From: an uncultured Bacteroidota bacterium
GTDB taxonomy: Bacteria > Bacteroidota > Bacteroidia > Bacteroidales > UBA12481
DNA: 64,000 bases
Assembly (NCBI GenBank): GCA_903919065.1
Contig: CAIXHD010000426.1
Span: forward strand, 1,580 to 65,579
Direction: 5' to 3'
The position numbers were made by a program, and so were the translations under genes. Below the pieces are notes generated by a model, which did not search any database, was not told where the DNA came from, and saw only the letters and a program-made list of their open reading frames with translations. Within the stretch, counting starts at the first letter, position 1. The number at the start of each line of letters is the position of its first letter. Of the stretch, positions 1 to 9,237 are shown piece after piece.

Positions 1-752
1 ATATCCCTTTGTATCCTGCCAATCCTGACACCGCTGCGCCATTCCTCAATCGTCATGGCAACATTATATTTTCCGATTTCAGTTGGTGCTGCCCAGATCA
101 GATCGCCCGTTCTTTCATTTACCACCAGGGAATCACTGAATGAAGGAAAGGTGTAACCTTCAATTTCCTTGCCCCCTTCACCGGTGCAAACAGCAAGTTT
201 ATAGGAGAGACTGTCACCATCAGGATCGAAAGCAGCCGGGTTATGAATAAAAGTATATCCGAGCGCAGCCTTGTCGATAGGTGGATTAAGCAGAACCGGC
301 GCACTATTACGTCCGATGGAAGGATTAATGATCAGTATACTTTTGACAGAAAATACGACGTTTACTGAATTTGGAATATTTTTAACATCCCTGTTCCGGT
401 TTGGGTCTTCAACAAATATCTGATAGGTCCCAGGCCCCGGATAGGTATGATCATAAGTATAAGTATTCCTTTCATAACAATCCGGAAGCAAATCCTGTTT
501 TACCCTTAAGACCTCAGCTTGGGTACCATCACCAAACTGAACATAGAGAGATCTCCTGAAGGCAACCAAATCCGGGCATAGCACTTTGTTTTGTTCACCA
601 GGATAGGTATATGTGGTAACTGTTATTCTATAGGTTAAATCGCTGATTTGCTTATACGTAATCTCCCCTGCCCTGTTGTGAGTTGCATATAACGACATTG
701 TCGGCCAAGAGAGGAGAAACAATAAAACAGCTATATTGAAACGTACTTTCAA
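1..752 (-). CDS. Secreted protein, N-terminal part (3' end lies outside the window). Resembles Bacteroidota gliding-motility/T9SS type-B cargo proteins.
   Basis: The minus-strand frame is open to the left edge, so it is absent from the ORF track (no stop in the window). My own translation gives a TTG 752 start (in-frame ATG at 698), a signal-like KVRFNIAVLLFLLSWPTMSLYA, then ATHNRAGEITYKQISDL... and FDPDGDSLSY. The ATHNRAGEITY N-terminus is recalled from CHU_C/T9SS cargo families. The sorting domain itself is not visible. Confidence 0.55.
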   Translation of the reverse strand, partial: MKVRFNIAVLLFLLSWPTMSLYATHNRAGEITYKQISDLTYRITVTTYTYPGEQNKVLCPDLVAFRRSLYVQFGDGTQAEVLRVKQDLLPDCYERNTYTYDHTYPGPGTYQIFVEDPNRNRDVKNIPNSVNVVFSVKSILIINPSIGRNSAPVLLNPPIDKAALGYTFIHNPAAFDPDGDSLSYKLAVCTGEGGKEIEGYTFPSFSDSLVVNERTGDLIWAAPTEIGKYNVAMTIEEWRSGVRIGRIQRD

Positions 753-790
753 ATTCAGAAAAATATTCGGTTAAGCTACAAATTTCGTAC

Positions 791-1306
791 CTACTTATTC
801 AGCTTGATGACGGTTTCCTGATCCTTATTTTTAAACTCAAATGCTGATTGAGTCTGGCCCATAACAAGAATAAACAAATTCTTCTGATCCGAATACAAAT
901 CAAGGAGAATTGAATTTCGGATTCTTATTTCGGACACAGGAAGCGGAGCAGAAATCAAAAATGTCAGCCAGGTAGCATCATCTTTGACCTTTATCCCGTC
1001 TAACTTCCAATTAGTCATTTCCACTGGCCTGGTATCGAACCATATAAGAAATTTTTTATCAAGCCAAAGTTTCAGCAGTTTTTCAGTTTCGTAGCTTTTG
1101 TCCTTGGTGCCAATAACTGCTTCCCGACCGGTTGATGTTTTCAGGTTTGATGAAAAGTCATCGGTGAATACTTTGATTGTCAATTGCCATCGGCTGGTTT
1201 TTGTATTAAACTCCAGATTCGTGAAACTCAGGTGCAAAGGATGGCTGTGCGCATTTATTGCAGCACACATCAGAACACCTGCCAACAAATATTTTAGTCT
1301 CATCAT
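791..1306 (-). CDS. Exported hypothetical protein, DUF6702-like
   Basis: 171-aa ORF with an ATG start and signal peptide MMRLKYLLAGVLMCAAINA. The HPLHLSFTNLEFN...IKVFTDDF pattern recalls DUF6702, which is often found next to HupE/UreJ genes in Bacteroidota (assignment from memory). Confidence 0.55.
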   Translation of the reverse strand: MMRLKYLLAGVLMCAAINAHSHPLHLSFTNLEFNTKTSRWQLTIKVFTDDFSSNLKTSTGREAVIGTKDKSYETEKLLKLWLDKKFLIWFDTRPVEMTNWKLDGIKVKDDATWLTFLISAPLPVSEIRIRNSILLDLYSDQKNLFILVMGQTQSAFEFKNKDQETVIKLNK

Positions 1307-1361
1307 TTCTTCTATAACCTTGTAAAATTAATACTTTTACGGTTAGCTAAATCAAAAGTCC

Positions 1362-1946
1362 ATGTCCACTTTCCAGATGTACCTTCAGCTTGGCATTGAA
1401 CATATCACTGATCTGAAAGGATATGATCACCTCCTTTTTCTGATCACGCTGATGGCTGTTTATCAGATAAAACAGTGGAAAAAGATACTCATTCTGGTCA
1501 CAGCCTTTACCCTCGGACATACAACCTCACTTATAATTGCCTCATTTGATTTAATCAGCATACCGTCGAAATGGATTGAGTTTCTGATTCCTGCAACCAT
1601 TTGCCTTACCGCCCTGATTAATATATTTCAGATGAAAACGGATACTTCCAAAGGACACCATATATATAAGTATGTAATGTCTCTTGGATTTGGGTTGATT
1701 CATGGGCTGGGATTTTCCAATTACCTGCGATCCCTGATTTTGAATGAAGATTCTATGGCCGGCCCCTTGTTTTCATTCAATCTGGGAATTGAAGCCGGTC
1801 AATTAATAATTGTTTCCGCATTCCTGATCCTGAGTATCATTTCGTTAGAAATATTCAAGGTAAAACTCAGGGAATGGAATCTGGTTTTTTCCGGTGCTGG
1901 ATTAGGTATAAGCATATTGCTAATGTTAGAAAGGTTTCCAATATGA
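1362..1946 (+). CDS. HupE/UreJ family metal (Ni/Co) transport accessory membrane protein
   Basis: 194-aa polytopic protein. GIEHITDLKGYDHLLFLITLM matches the HupE/UreJ His...DHLLF signature. Confidence 0.75.
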   Translation: MSTFQMYLQLGIEHITDLKGYDHLLFLITLMAVYQIKQWKKILILVTAFTLGHTTSLIIASFDLISIPSKWIEFLIPATICLTALINIFQMKTDTSKGHHIYKYVMSLGFGLIHGLGFSNYLRSLILNEDSMAGPLFSFNLGIEAGQLIIVSAFLILSIISLEIFKVKLREWNLVFSGAGLGISILLMLERFPI

Positions 1947-3607
1947 TAAGAAATACAATTATTGTTCTCGCGATCATTGCCGGAGCTTTCAGCCAATCTT
2001 TTGCCCAACGTGAAACATCTGTATTGGCCGATACTTCAGCGATCAGAAAGTCGCTGGAACTGATCGGGCTACCCTTTACACCGGCTGAGATTCTACAGAT
2101 GCAGCGTGGAATTGCTGACCAGAAAAGGAGTTACGAATCACTTAGAAAAACAGAGATACCCAACCAATGGATTCCCTCATTAGGATTCAACCCGATACCC
2201 GCCGGGTTTAAAATTCACGTATTTCCGGTAAAATCTGACTGGCCAAAATTCGTCGATCTAAGAAAACCGGGTAATGAAGCTGATATCGCATTTTTAACTG
2301 TTCCCGAATTAGCCCAACTGATTTCTTCACGGCAAATTACATCAACGGAGCTTACAAAATTATACCTCAGGCGACTGAATCAATACAAGGACACCTTGTT
2401 ATGTGTTGTCACCATTACTGAGGAGTTAGCTTTAAAGCAGGCAGCCCAGGCGGATAAAGAAATTGCTGCCGGCAAATATCGTGGATTGCTTCACGGAATA
2501 CCCTATGGTGTTAAGGATCTCATGTCGGTCCCCGGCTACCCAACCACTTGGGGAGCCAGGCCTTATAAGGATCAACAGATTGAAGAAACTGCAAATGTTG
2601 TAACCAAACTCACTGAAGCAGGAGCCGTTTTAGTAGCCAAGCTAACGTCAGGAGCGCTGGCCATGGGTGATGTATGGTTTGGCGGCACCACTCGAAATCC
2701 ATGGAATCTAAAGCGCGGATCAAGCGGATCTTCAGCAGGGCCTGCTTCAGCAACCGCTGCAGGATTGGTCGCTTTTGCGATTGGAACGGAAACGCTGGGA
2801 TCAATAGTTTCCCCATCAACCCGGTGCGGCGTTACCGGATTGAGAACTACCTATGGAAGAGTGGGCCGTACCGGAACCATGGCATTAAGCTGGTCGATGG
2901 ATAAAATCGGGCCGATCTGCCGAAATGCCGTTGATTGCGCCATAGTGCTTAGTGCGATTCACGGATTGGATTCTCAAGATCCTGCAACCACCAGCACAGG
3001 ATTCTCATACCAGCAGATAAAATCCCTTAAAGGCCTTAAAATTGGCTATTTGAAGAATTATTTCGATCAAAATTCATCCAGCAAAAAGACAGACTCACTG
3101 GCTTTAGTATATTTCCGTGAGCTTGGGGCAGATTTAATACCGGTGACATTGCCAGAACAATTCCCGGTCCAGGCAATGAGGATAATCCTCTCAGCTGAAG
3201 CAGCAGCAGCTTTTGATGGATTGACATTGTCAAACCGCGACTCATTGCTCAACGCTCAGGAGGCTTTCGACTGGCCAAATACCTTCAGAACAGCCAGATT
3301 AATTCCTGCAGTAGAATACATTCAGGCAAATCGTATCAGAGAACAACTCATCATCGAGACAAACAAAATCATGCAGGACTTCGATCTTATTATCACCCCT
3401 ACATTTGCCGGGAACCAACTCACTCTTACCAACCTCACCGGCCATCCATGCCTGGTTATTCCAAATGGATTTGACAAGGATGGCAATCCTTTAAGCATAA
3501 GCCTTATAGGCAATCTATACCGTGAAGATATCTTATGTGAAGCCGGATCATTATATCAGGATAAAACCGGCTATTTTAAAATAAAACCCATACTTTTCAG
3601 CCGATAA
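1943..3607 (+). CDS. Amidase-signature family amidase with signal peptide
   Basis: The ATG at 1943 overlaps the hupE stop (ATGA). Signal peptide MIRNTIIVLAIIAGAFSQSFA. Amidase-signature block GSSGSSAGPASATAAGLVAFAIGTETLGSIVSPSTRCGVTGLRTTYGRV and catalytic Lys context YGVKDL. The track start at 1874 lies inside hupE and was rejected. Confidence 0.85.
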   Translation: MIRNTIIVLAIIAGAFSQSFAQRETSVLADTSAIRKSLELIGLPFTPAEILQMQRGIADQKRSYESLRKTEIPNQWIPSLGFNPIPAGFKIHVFPVKSDWPKFVDLRKPGNEADIAFLTVPELAQLISSRQITSTELTKLYLRRLNQYKDTLLCVVTITEELALKQAAQADKEIAAGKYRGLLHGIPYGVKDLMSVPGYPTTWGARPYKDQQIEETANVVTKLTEAGAVLVAKLTSGALAMGDVWFGGTTRNPWNLKRGSSGSSAGPASATAAGLVAFAIGTETLGSIVSPSTRCGVTGLRTTYGRVGRTGTMALSWSMDKIGPICRNAVDCAIVLSAIHGLDSQDPATTSTGFSYQQIKSLKGLKIGYLKNYFDQNSSSKKTDSLALVYFRELGADLIPVTLPEQFPVQAMRIILSAEAAAAFDGLTLSNRDSLLNAQEAFDWPNTFRTARLIPAVEYIQANRIREQLIIETNKIMQDFDLIITPTFAGNQLTLTNLTGHPCLVIPNGFDKDGNPLSISLIGNLYREDILCEAGSLYQDKTGYFKIKPILFSR

Positions 3608-4951
3608 ATGGAAAACAAACCAGTACTTTTCGACCTGGCAATCGTCGGTGGACGCTGCCTGACCCTCGATCAGAATTTTAGCGAAATAGCAGATTCTTTG
3701 ATCCTTGTACGTAATGGCCTGATCAGCTGGATGGGAGAAAGGAAAGAATACAAGAATCGTTATCAGGCTACCAAAACATTACAGGCATCCGGAAAGCTGA
3801 TTATTCCATCATTCATAAATGCACATACTCACCTTAGCCTTTCGCTATACAGGGGATTGGGTACTGATCTGAAATTACATGATTGGCTGCGAAAGATCAT
3901 CTGGCCGCTGGAGAAACAGTTCTGTACTCCTGACAATGCTTATTTGGGCAATTGCCTTTCGTTGCTTGAAATGATCAAATCAGGAACCGGAACTATTGCC
4001 GATATGAACTTTTTCTCAAAGCTTGCTGCTAAATCAATAGAAGAAAGCGGATTACGCGGTTTGATAGGTGAAGCTTTATTTAGTTCACCCACACCAAGCA
4101 TTGCCGATCCGCAGGATGGGTTAAATGTGACGGCCGAACTGGTTGCCAACTATAAGAACCACCCGATGGTTCACCCATATGTAGTTCTCCATGCCCCCTT
4201 TACGTGTTCCGGTGAGCTTTACCAGGAGGCATCAGAAAAAGCAAAATCTTGGGGAGTAAAGGTTTGCGGACATGTTGCCGAGACCTTGACGGAAATTGAA
4301 CAGATAAACGAACGGTACAAGATGACGCCCTTTGAATGGCTCGATTCACTGGGAGTGTTGAATAAGGATTTTATTGCAATCCATGCCATTCATCTTTCTG
4401 ACCATGATAAAGAAATAATTTCGGAACGGAATGTTGGCATTGTTCACAATCCACACAGTAATATGATGCTTGGCAGTGGTATCTGTCCCGTTTCAGAACT
4501 GGTTATAAAAGGAGTACGCGTAGGTTTGGGTACTGACAGTGCCTCATCAAATAATTCACTGAGCATTTTGTCGGAGTTGCAGACTGCAGCAAAACTACAC
4601 AAGCTGGTTTCACTTGATCCATCCATGATGCCAGCAAAACAGGCTCTGCGGATGGCTACTTCGGTAAATGCCGATATCCTTGGCTTTTCAGGAATCACTG
4701 GTCACCTTGAAACCGGATATTCAGCTGATCTGATTCTTATTGACCCTTCTTCACCAAATATGATTCCATTGTATGATCCCTATGCTCAGATTGCCTACAG
4801 CATGGAAAATCAGGATATTGAATCGTTGGTATCAGGGGGCAAACTGATCATGGAAAAGAGGAAGATACTTACGTTTGACGAAGAAATTATACTTAAGGAA
4901 GTTAATAAATGGATGAAAGCATCGTCTGTTTATGATTTTATATCCATATAA
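3608..4951 (+). CDS. Amidohydrolase-superfamily deaminase (MTA/SAH deaminase / chlorohydrolase-like), copy 1
   Basis: 447 aa. Metal-ligand motifs NAHTHLS, HVAET and GTDSASSNN. The block RGLGTDLKLHDWL...IWP.E is typical of MtaD/TRZ-ATZ-type deaminases. The ATG directly abuts the amidase TAA. Confidence 0.8.
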   Translation: MENKPVLFDLAIVGGRCLTLDQNFSEIADSLILVRNGLISWMGERKEYKNRYQATKTLQASGKLIIPSFINAHTHLSLSLYRGLGTDLKLHDWLRKIIWPLEKQFCTPDNAYLGNCLSLLEMIKSGTGTIADMNFFSKLAAKSIEESGLRGLIGEALFSSPTPSIADPQDGLNVTAELVANYKNHPMVHPYVVLHAPFTCSGELYQEASEKAKSWGVKVCGHVAETLTEIEQINERYKMTPFEWLDSLGVLNKDFIAIHAIHLSDHDKEIISERNVGIVHNPHSNMMLGSGICPVSELVIKGVRVGLGTDSASSNNSLSILSELQTAAKLHKLVSLDPSMMPAKQALRMATSVNADILGFSGITGHLETGYSADLILIDPSSPNMIPLYDPYAQIAYSMENQDIESLVSGGKLIMEKRKILTFDEEIILKEVNKWMKASSVYDFISI

Positions 4952-4952
4952 A

Positions 4953-6272
4953 ATGTCAGAAATACAAAATATTGATCTCGCCATAACAGGAGCACATATC
5001 CTGACAATCGACGAGACTATGAAAGAATACAAACAGGGTTCCATTTACATTGCCGGCAATCGGATTAAATGGATGGGGCCCGATACTGAACAACCTGAAA
5101 ATTTTGTTGTACGGGAGAAAATTGATGCATCAGGAAAAATAATCATGCCTGTATTTTTCAACGGGCACAACCATGCATCCATGTCCTTTCTCCGGGGGCT
5201 CGGTAATGATCTTAGTCTGGATAAATGGCTGAACGACTTCATCTGGCCAGCCGAGAAGGTCATGATCAATCCCGATACGGTATACCTTGGAACCATGCTG
5301 TCAGTCATTGAAATGATCCGTTCGGGTTCAGGCATTTTCTCCGACATGTATTTCTTTGAAGATCAGGTTGCCCGCGTTTGCGAGGAGACAGGTATGCGTG
5401 GAATTATCGGGGAGGCAATTTTCGATTTTCCATCACCCAGCCGTGCCACACCTCAGGAATCCATGCAATTTACACGGGAATTACATAGCCGGTTTCAGGG
5501 TCATAGCCTGATAAATGTATCTGTGGCAGTTCATGCTCCCTATACCTGCTCACCTGATCTGATCAGGCAAGCCGGTGAACTTGCAAAAGAGCTCGATATT
5601 TCAGCCAATATACATCTGGCCGAAACGACTACAGAAATTGATATGATAGCCGGTTTATATGGAAAATCACCGGTGCAGCATCTGTATGATCTGAACTTTT
5701 TATCTGAACGGACCGTTGCACACCATTCTGTATACTTATCTCCTGAAGACAGGCAGTTAATTAAAGATAGCGGAACCAGTGTAGTTACACTTCCAAACAG
5801 TAATATGAAACTGGGATCCGGTGCATGTGCTGTTGGAGAGCTGATCAAGCTTGGTATTAATGTAGCTTTGGGAACTGACGGACCGGCAAGCAACAATCAT
5901 CAGAGCCTGCTTAGGGAAATGCAGCAACTGGCTCGATTGGAAAGGGTTGTCAATTATGATCCAACCAGCATTTCAGCTCAAGAGCTGATACGTATTGCAA
6001 CAATCAACGGGGCCAGAGCGTATGGTCTCGACAAAGATCTCGGTTCTCTTGAATGCGGTAAAAAAGCTGATTTTCAGATTATCAATCCGGACCAGCCCCA
6101 TTGGTACCCCCGCTACGACCCATATAACAGCATAGCTTATGCCATGCAGTCAAATGATGTTGAATCGGTAATCATTGATGGTAAAATCGTAATGCGGAAC
6201 CGTGTATTGGTTAACATCGATGAGAAACGGATTTCAAAGGAATTAAAAAAGAAAGCAGGAATGCTGTTTTAA
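4953..6272 (+). CDS. Amidohydrolase-superfamily deaminase (MtaD/chlorohydrolase-like), copy 2 (tandem paralog)
   Basis: Collinear with copy 1 (NGHNHAS, HLAET, GTDGPASNN; RGLGNDLSLDKWL). The ATG at 4953, 1 nt after the copy-1 stop, gives an N-terminus (MSEIQNIDLAITGAHILT) parallel to copy 1. The track start at 4932 is in-frame upstream. Confidence 0.8.
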   Translation: MSEIQNIDLAITGAHILTIDETMKEYKQGSIYIAGNRIKWMGPDTEQPENFVVREKIDASGKIIMPVFFNGHNHASMSFLRGLGNDLSLDKWLNDFIWPAEKVMINPDTVYLGTMLSVIEMIRSGSGIFSDMYFFEDQVARVCEETGMRGIIGEAIFDFPSPSRATPQESMQFTRELHSRFQGHSLINVSVAVHAPYTCSPDLIRQAGELAKELDISANIHLAETTTEIDMIAGLYGKSPVQHLYDLNFLSERTVAHHSVYLSPEDRQLIKDSGTSVVTLPNSNMKLGSGACAVGELIKLGINVALGTDGPASNNHQSLLREMQQLARLERVVNYDPTSISAQELIRIATINGARAYGLDKDLGSLECGKKADFQIINPDQPHWYPRYDPYNSIAYAMQSNDVESVIIDGKIVMRNRVLVNIDEKRISKELKKKAGMLF

Positions 6273-6296
6273 ATTCACTGCAACTCATTTTAACCT

Positions 6297-7706
6297 TTAT
6301 CCGAGAAGATCTGAAACCTTGCTGATCTCAAGGAATGAGGCTCCTTTTCGGGCACCAAAGGATCCACCAACAACGACGATCCGGTCTGATGGTTCCAGTT
6401 CACCATGATCCAGCAGATAGGAAACTACTGAACCTTTAAAGACATCCGTGCTTTCCTTGGGATCCATATAGAATGGATAAATGCCATAGGAAAGGGCAAG
6501 CTCACGCATCACCCTCACAGAATAGCAAGCTGCAAAAACCGGATTCTTATTTCGGAAGGCGGCCATATAGCGTCCTGTGCGTCCGGTCAGGGTATCAATA
6601 ACCACAGCGCTGATATTCAGGTTTTTTGAGGCATGGTAAGCAGAGTTGGCCAAAAATGCAGCAATTTCATTGTCGATTGAACTGATAGCAGCGCTCTGCG
6701 GTTCACTTGAATTTTCAACTTCGAGAGCAATTCGGGTCATCATGCTCACAGCTTCTGTGGGATATTCGCCGTATGCGGTTTCTCCACTGAGCATCAGGGC
6801 ATCAGTTCCTGTATAAATGGCATTTGCAACATCAGAGATTTCTGCACGGGTGGGCCTGGGATGCTCAATCATCGTATGAAGCATCTGGGTTGCAATGATT
6901 ACCGGCTTTTTGCGACGAATACAGGCTTTGATCAGCATTCTCTGGATACCCGGAATCTTTTCACCGGCGATCTCTATACCAAGATCACCCCGGGCAACCA
7001 TAATGCCGTATACATGGTTCAATATTTCCTCGATATTATCGACGCCTTCCTGATTTTCAATTTTAGCAATAATCTTGATTTTCGATTGCTTCTCCTTCAG
7101 TATGGATTGAATTGCCAAAACGTCCTCTTTAGTCCGGACAAAAGAATGCGCAATAAAATCAACATCATTATCGATTGCAAACTTTATATAGTCCTTGTCC
7201 TTTTCATTAAGTGACGGCAGCTTCACTGATACTCCAGGAACATTGACACTCTTTCTTGATTTTATGAATCCGGAATTCATTACTCTGCATTGCAGAGATT
7301 TTTCAGCTTTTTCCTCAACGATCATTTCGATCTCTCCATCGTCGATAAGAATTCTGTTTCCGATTTCCAGATCATCAACAAAATTGATATATGTGACACA
7401 TATTCTTCCCGGAATACATGGCAGATCAGGATTTCCAATAAATTCAACCAATTCACCGGCAATCACTTCAATAGGATCCCTGGCAACCGTGGTTCTGATT
7501 TCCGGTCCTTTAGTATCAATCAGAATAGCTATCTCGTCTGAGACATTTCTAACCGAATCAACGACTTTTTTGGACCCCTCCAGATTTTGGTGAGCCGTAT
7601 TCAGGCGGACCACATTCATTCCAGCCTCAAAAAGTTCACGGATATGGTCCTGCGAACAACGCTGATCTGAGATTGTGGCAACTATTTTGGTATGTTTCTT
7701 TTGCAT
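6297..7706 (-). CDS. pyk: Pyruvate kinase
   Basis: 469 aa with TKIVATI, NVVRLNTAH, DTKGPEIRT and MVARGDLGIE motifs. Confidence 0.92.
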   Translation of the reverse strand: MQKKHTKIVATISDQRCSQDHIRELFEAGMNVVRLNTAHQNLEGSKKVVDSVRNVSDEIAILIDTKGPEIRTTVARDPIEVIAGELVEFIGNPDLPCIPGRICVTYINFVDDLEIGNRILIDDGEIEMIVEEKAEKSLQCRVMNSGFIKSRKSVNVPGVSVKLPSLNEKDKDYIKFAIDNDVDFIAHSFVRTKEDVLAIQSILKEKQSKIKIIAKIENQEGVDNIEEILNHVYGIMVARGDLGIEIAGEKIPGIQRMLIKACIRRKKPVIIATQMLHTMIEHPRPTRAEISDVANAIYTGTDALMLSGETAYGEYPTEAVSMMTRIALEVENSSEPQSAAISSIDNEIAAFLANSAYHASKNLNISAVVIDTLTGRTGRYMAAFRNKNPVFAACYSVRVMRELALSYGIYPFYMDPKESTDVFKGSVVSYLLDHGELEPSDRIVVVGGSFGARKGASFLEISKVSDLLG

Positions 7707-7721
7707 ATTGATGAATTACAA

Positions 7722-8156
7722 TTATTTGGGTAGATTAAGAAAGACTCTCAGGCTTTCCACACCCAGTCGATATGAATCAAGGCCGAATCCCATTATGGAA
7801 CCAATACAATTTGGCCCGATGATAGATTTATGTCGAAAATCCTCTCTTTTAAGCAAATTGGATATATGAACTTCGACTACAGGCACTTTTATCGCAGCAA
7901 CTGCATCTGCCAGGGCCACAGAAGTATGTGTATAACCCCCGGCATTAAGAACTATACCATCATAAATACCGGGAGCCGAATGAAGTTTATCGATCAGTTC
8001 ACCCTCGAGGTTGCTTTGAAAGTACTGCATTTCGATACCTTCGAACACCGGCATCAGTAATTTAAAGTAATCCTCAAAAGATTGATTTCCATATATGCTT
8101 TTCTCCCTTGACCCAAGTAAATTAAGATTTGGGCCGTTCATGATCAGTATATCCAT
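7722..8156 (-). CDS. aroQ: Type II 3-dehydroquinate dehydratase
   Basis: MDILIMNGPNLNLLGSREKSIYG and HISN...REDFRH motifs. The start was moved from the track's TTG 8174 to ATG 8156 because the TTG lies inside the TATTTTTG promoter motif. Confidence 0.9.
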   Translation of the reverse strand: MDILIMNGPNLNLLGSREKSIYGNQSFEDYFKLLMPVFEGIEMQYFQSNLEGELIDKLHSAPGIYDGIVLNAGGYTHTSVALADAVAAIKVPVVEVHISNLLKREDFRHKSIIGPNCIGSIMGFGLDSYRLGVESLRVFLNLPK

Positions 8157-8171
8157 TGGAATAATTTTGTT

Positions 8172-8179
8172 CAAAAATA
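8172..8179 (-). promoter_or_regulatory. Bacteroidota-type -7 promoter element TAnnTTTG (TATTTTTG) for aroQ-pyk
   Basis: Exact match to TAnnTTTG on the minus strand, 16 nt upstream of the aroQ ATG. Confidence 0.5.
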
Positions 8180-8227
8180 CTAAATCCCGCCGGAAAAGAG
8201 GTTAATTTCGACTTTCAACACTGGCTT

Positions 8228-9139
8228 ATGGGTGACAGTTTTCCATATCGGGAGTCTTTCCGGGCGCATTTGCGACTGGAGAAATCATTGGCTGGCAATA
8301 GCATAGATGGATATCTTGCCGATGTTTCCAAGCTCTTCCAATTTTTGGATATGACCTACCCTACTTTACAGCCGGCATCAGTAACACTCAATCATCTCCG
8401 GGAATTCCTGTCGTGGCTCAATGAAATCGGACTGGGTGCGCGCTCACAGGCAAGAATAATCAGCGGGATCAAAAGCTATTTCCGGTTTCTGGTTCTCGAG
8501 AACCTTTTACCTGAAAGTCCGGCGAGCCTTATAGAAACGCCAAGGCTTCCGCGGAATCTGCCAGAGATATTATCTGTAGAACAGATCGAAAAAATGATCG
8601 GTGCCATTGATCTGAGCGGTAAACACGGACATCGCAATAAGGCAATGATAGAAATGATGTATGGCTGCGGTCTCCGGGTATCTGAGATAATCGGACTGAA
8701 GATCTCTCACATTTCATTCCAGGAAGGCTATATCAGGGTTCTGGGCAAAGGCAGCAAGGAACGGCTGATTCCTCTTGGCCATTCAGCCGGTCTGGCGATG
8801 GAGCAATACATTAATTTCGAACGGGTGCATCAGAATCCTGCATATAAAGATGCTGACCTTGTTTTTATCAATAACCGCGGAAATGGACTCTCGCGCGTCA
8901 TGATTTTCACTATTGTTAAAGCTTTAGCCCAGAAAACCGGAATCCGGGCACCGGTGAGTCCCCATACTTTTCGCCACTCTTTTGCCACACATCTGATAGA
9001 AAACGGTGCCGACCTCCGAGCAGTCCAGGATATGTTGGGCCATGAATCCATCTTAACGACAGAGATTTACACCCATCTCAACCGTGAATTCTTAAAAGTT
9101 ACGGTGAACAAGTATCACCCTCGGGCAAAAAATTCATAA
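8228..9139 (+). CDS. xerD: Tyrosine site-specific recombinase XerD-like
   Basis: 303 aa. N-terminal SAM-like core-binding domain. Catalytic blocks GLRVSE, HTFRHSFATHL and GHESILTTEIYTH. Confidence 0.85.
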   Translation: MGDSFPYRESFRAHLRLEKSLAGNSIDGYLADVSKLFQFLDMTYPTLQPASVTLNHLREFLSWLNEIGLGARSQARIISGIKSYFRFLVLENLLPESPASLIETPRLPRNLPEILSVEQIEKMIGAIDLSGKHGHRNKAMIEMMYGCGLRVSEIIGLKISHISFQEGYIRVLGKGSKERLIPLGHSAGLAMEQYINFERVHQNPAYKDADLVFINNRGNGLSRVMIFTIVKALAQKTGIRAPVSPHTFRHSFATHLIENGADLRAVQDMLGHESILTTEIYTHLNREFLKVTVNKYHPRAKNS

Positions 9140-9177
9140 GGTGATATAATACAGGTTTCTTCCTGATGAATTTTATG

Positions 9178-9185
9178 TAATTTTG
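9178..9185 (+). promoter_or_regulatory. Bacteroidota-type -7 promoter element TAnnTTTG (TAATTTTG) for ppdK
   Basis: Exact motif match 52 nt upstream of the ppdK ATG, in a 98-bp AT-rich spacer. Confidence 0.5.
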
Positions 9186-9237
9186 CGCCGTTTTTAAGAT
9201 TATAATATAGCTCTATACATAATTTAAACAATTAACT

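Noticed and set aside
1874-1942. Upstream extension of the amidase ORF (track start 1874)
   Set aside because: The extension lies inside hupE in another frame. ATG 1943 gives a canonical signal peptide and an ATGA junction with the hupE stop.
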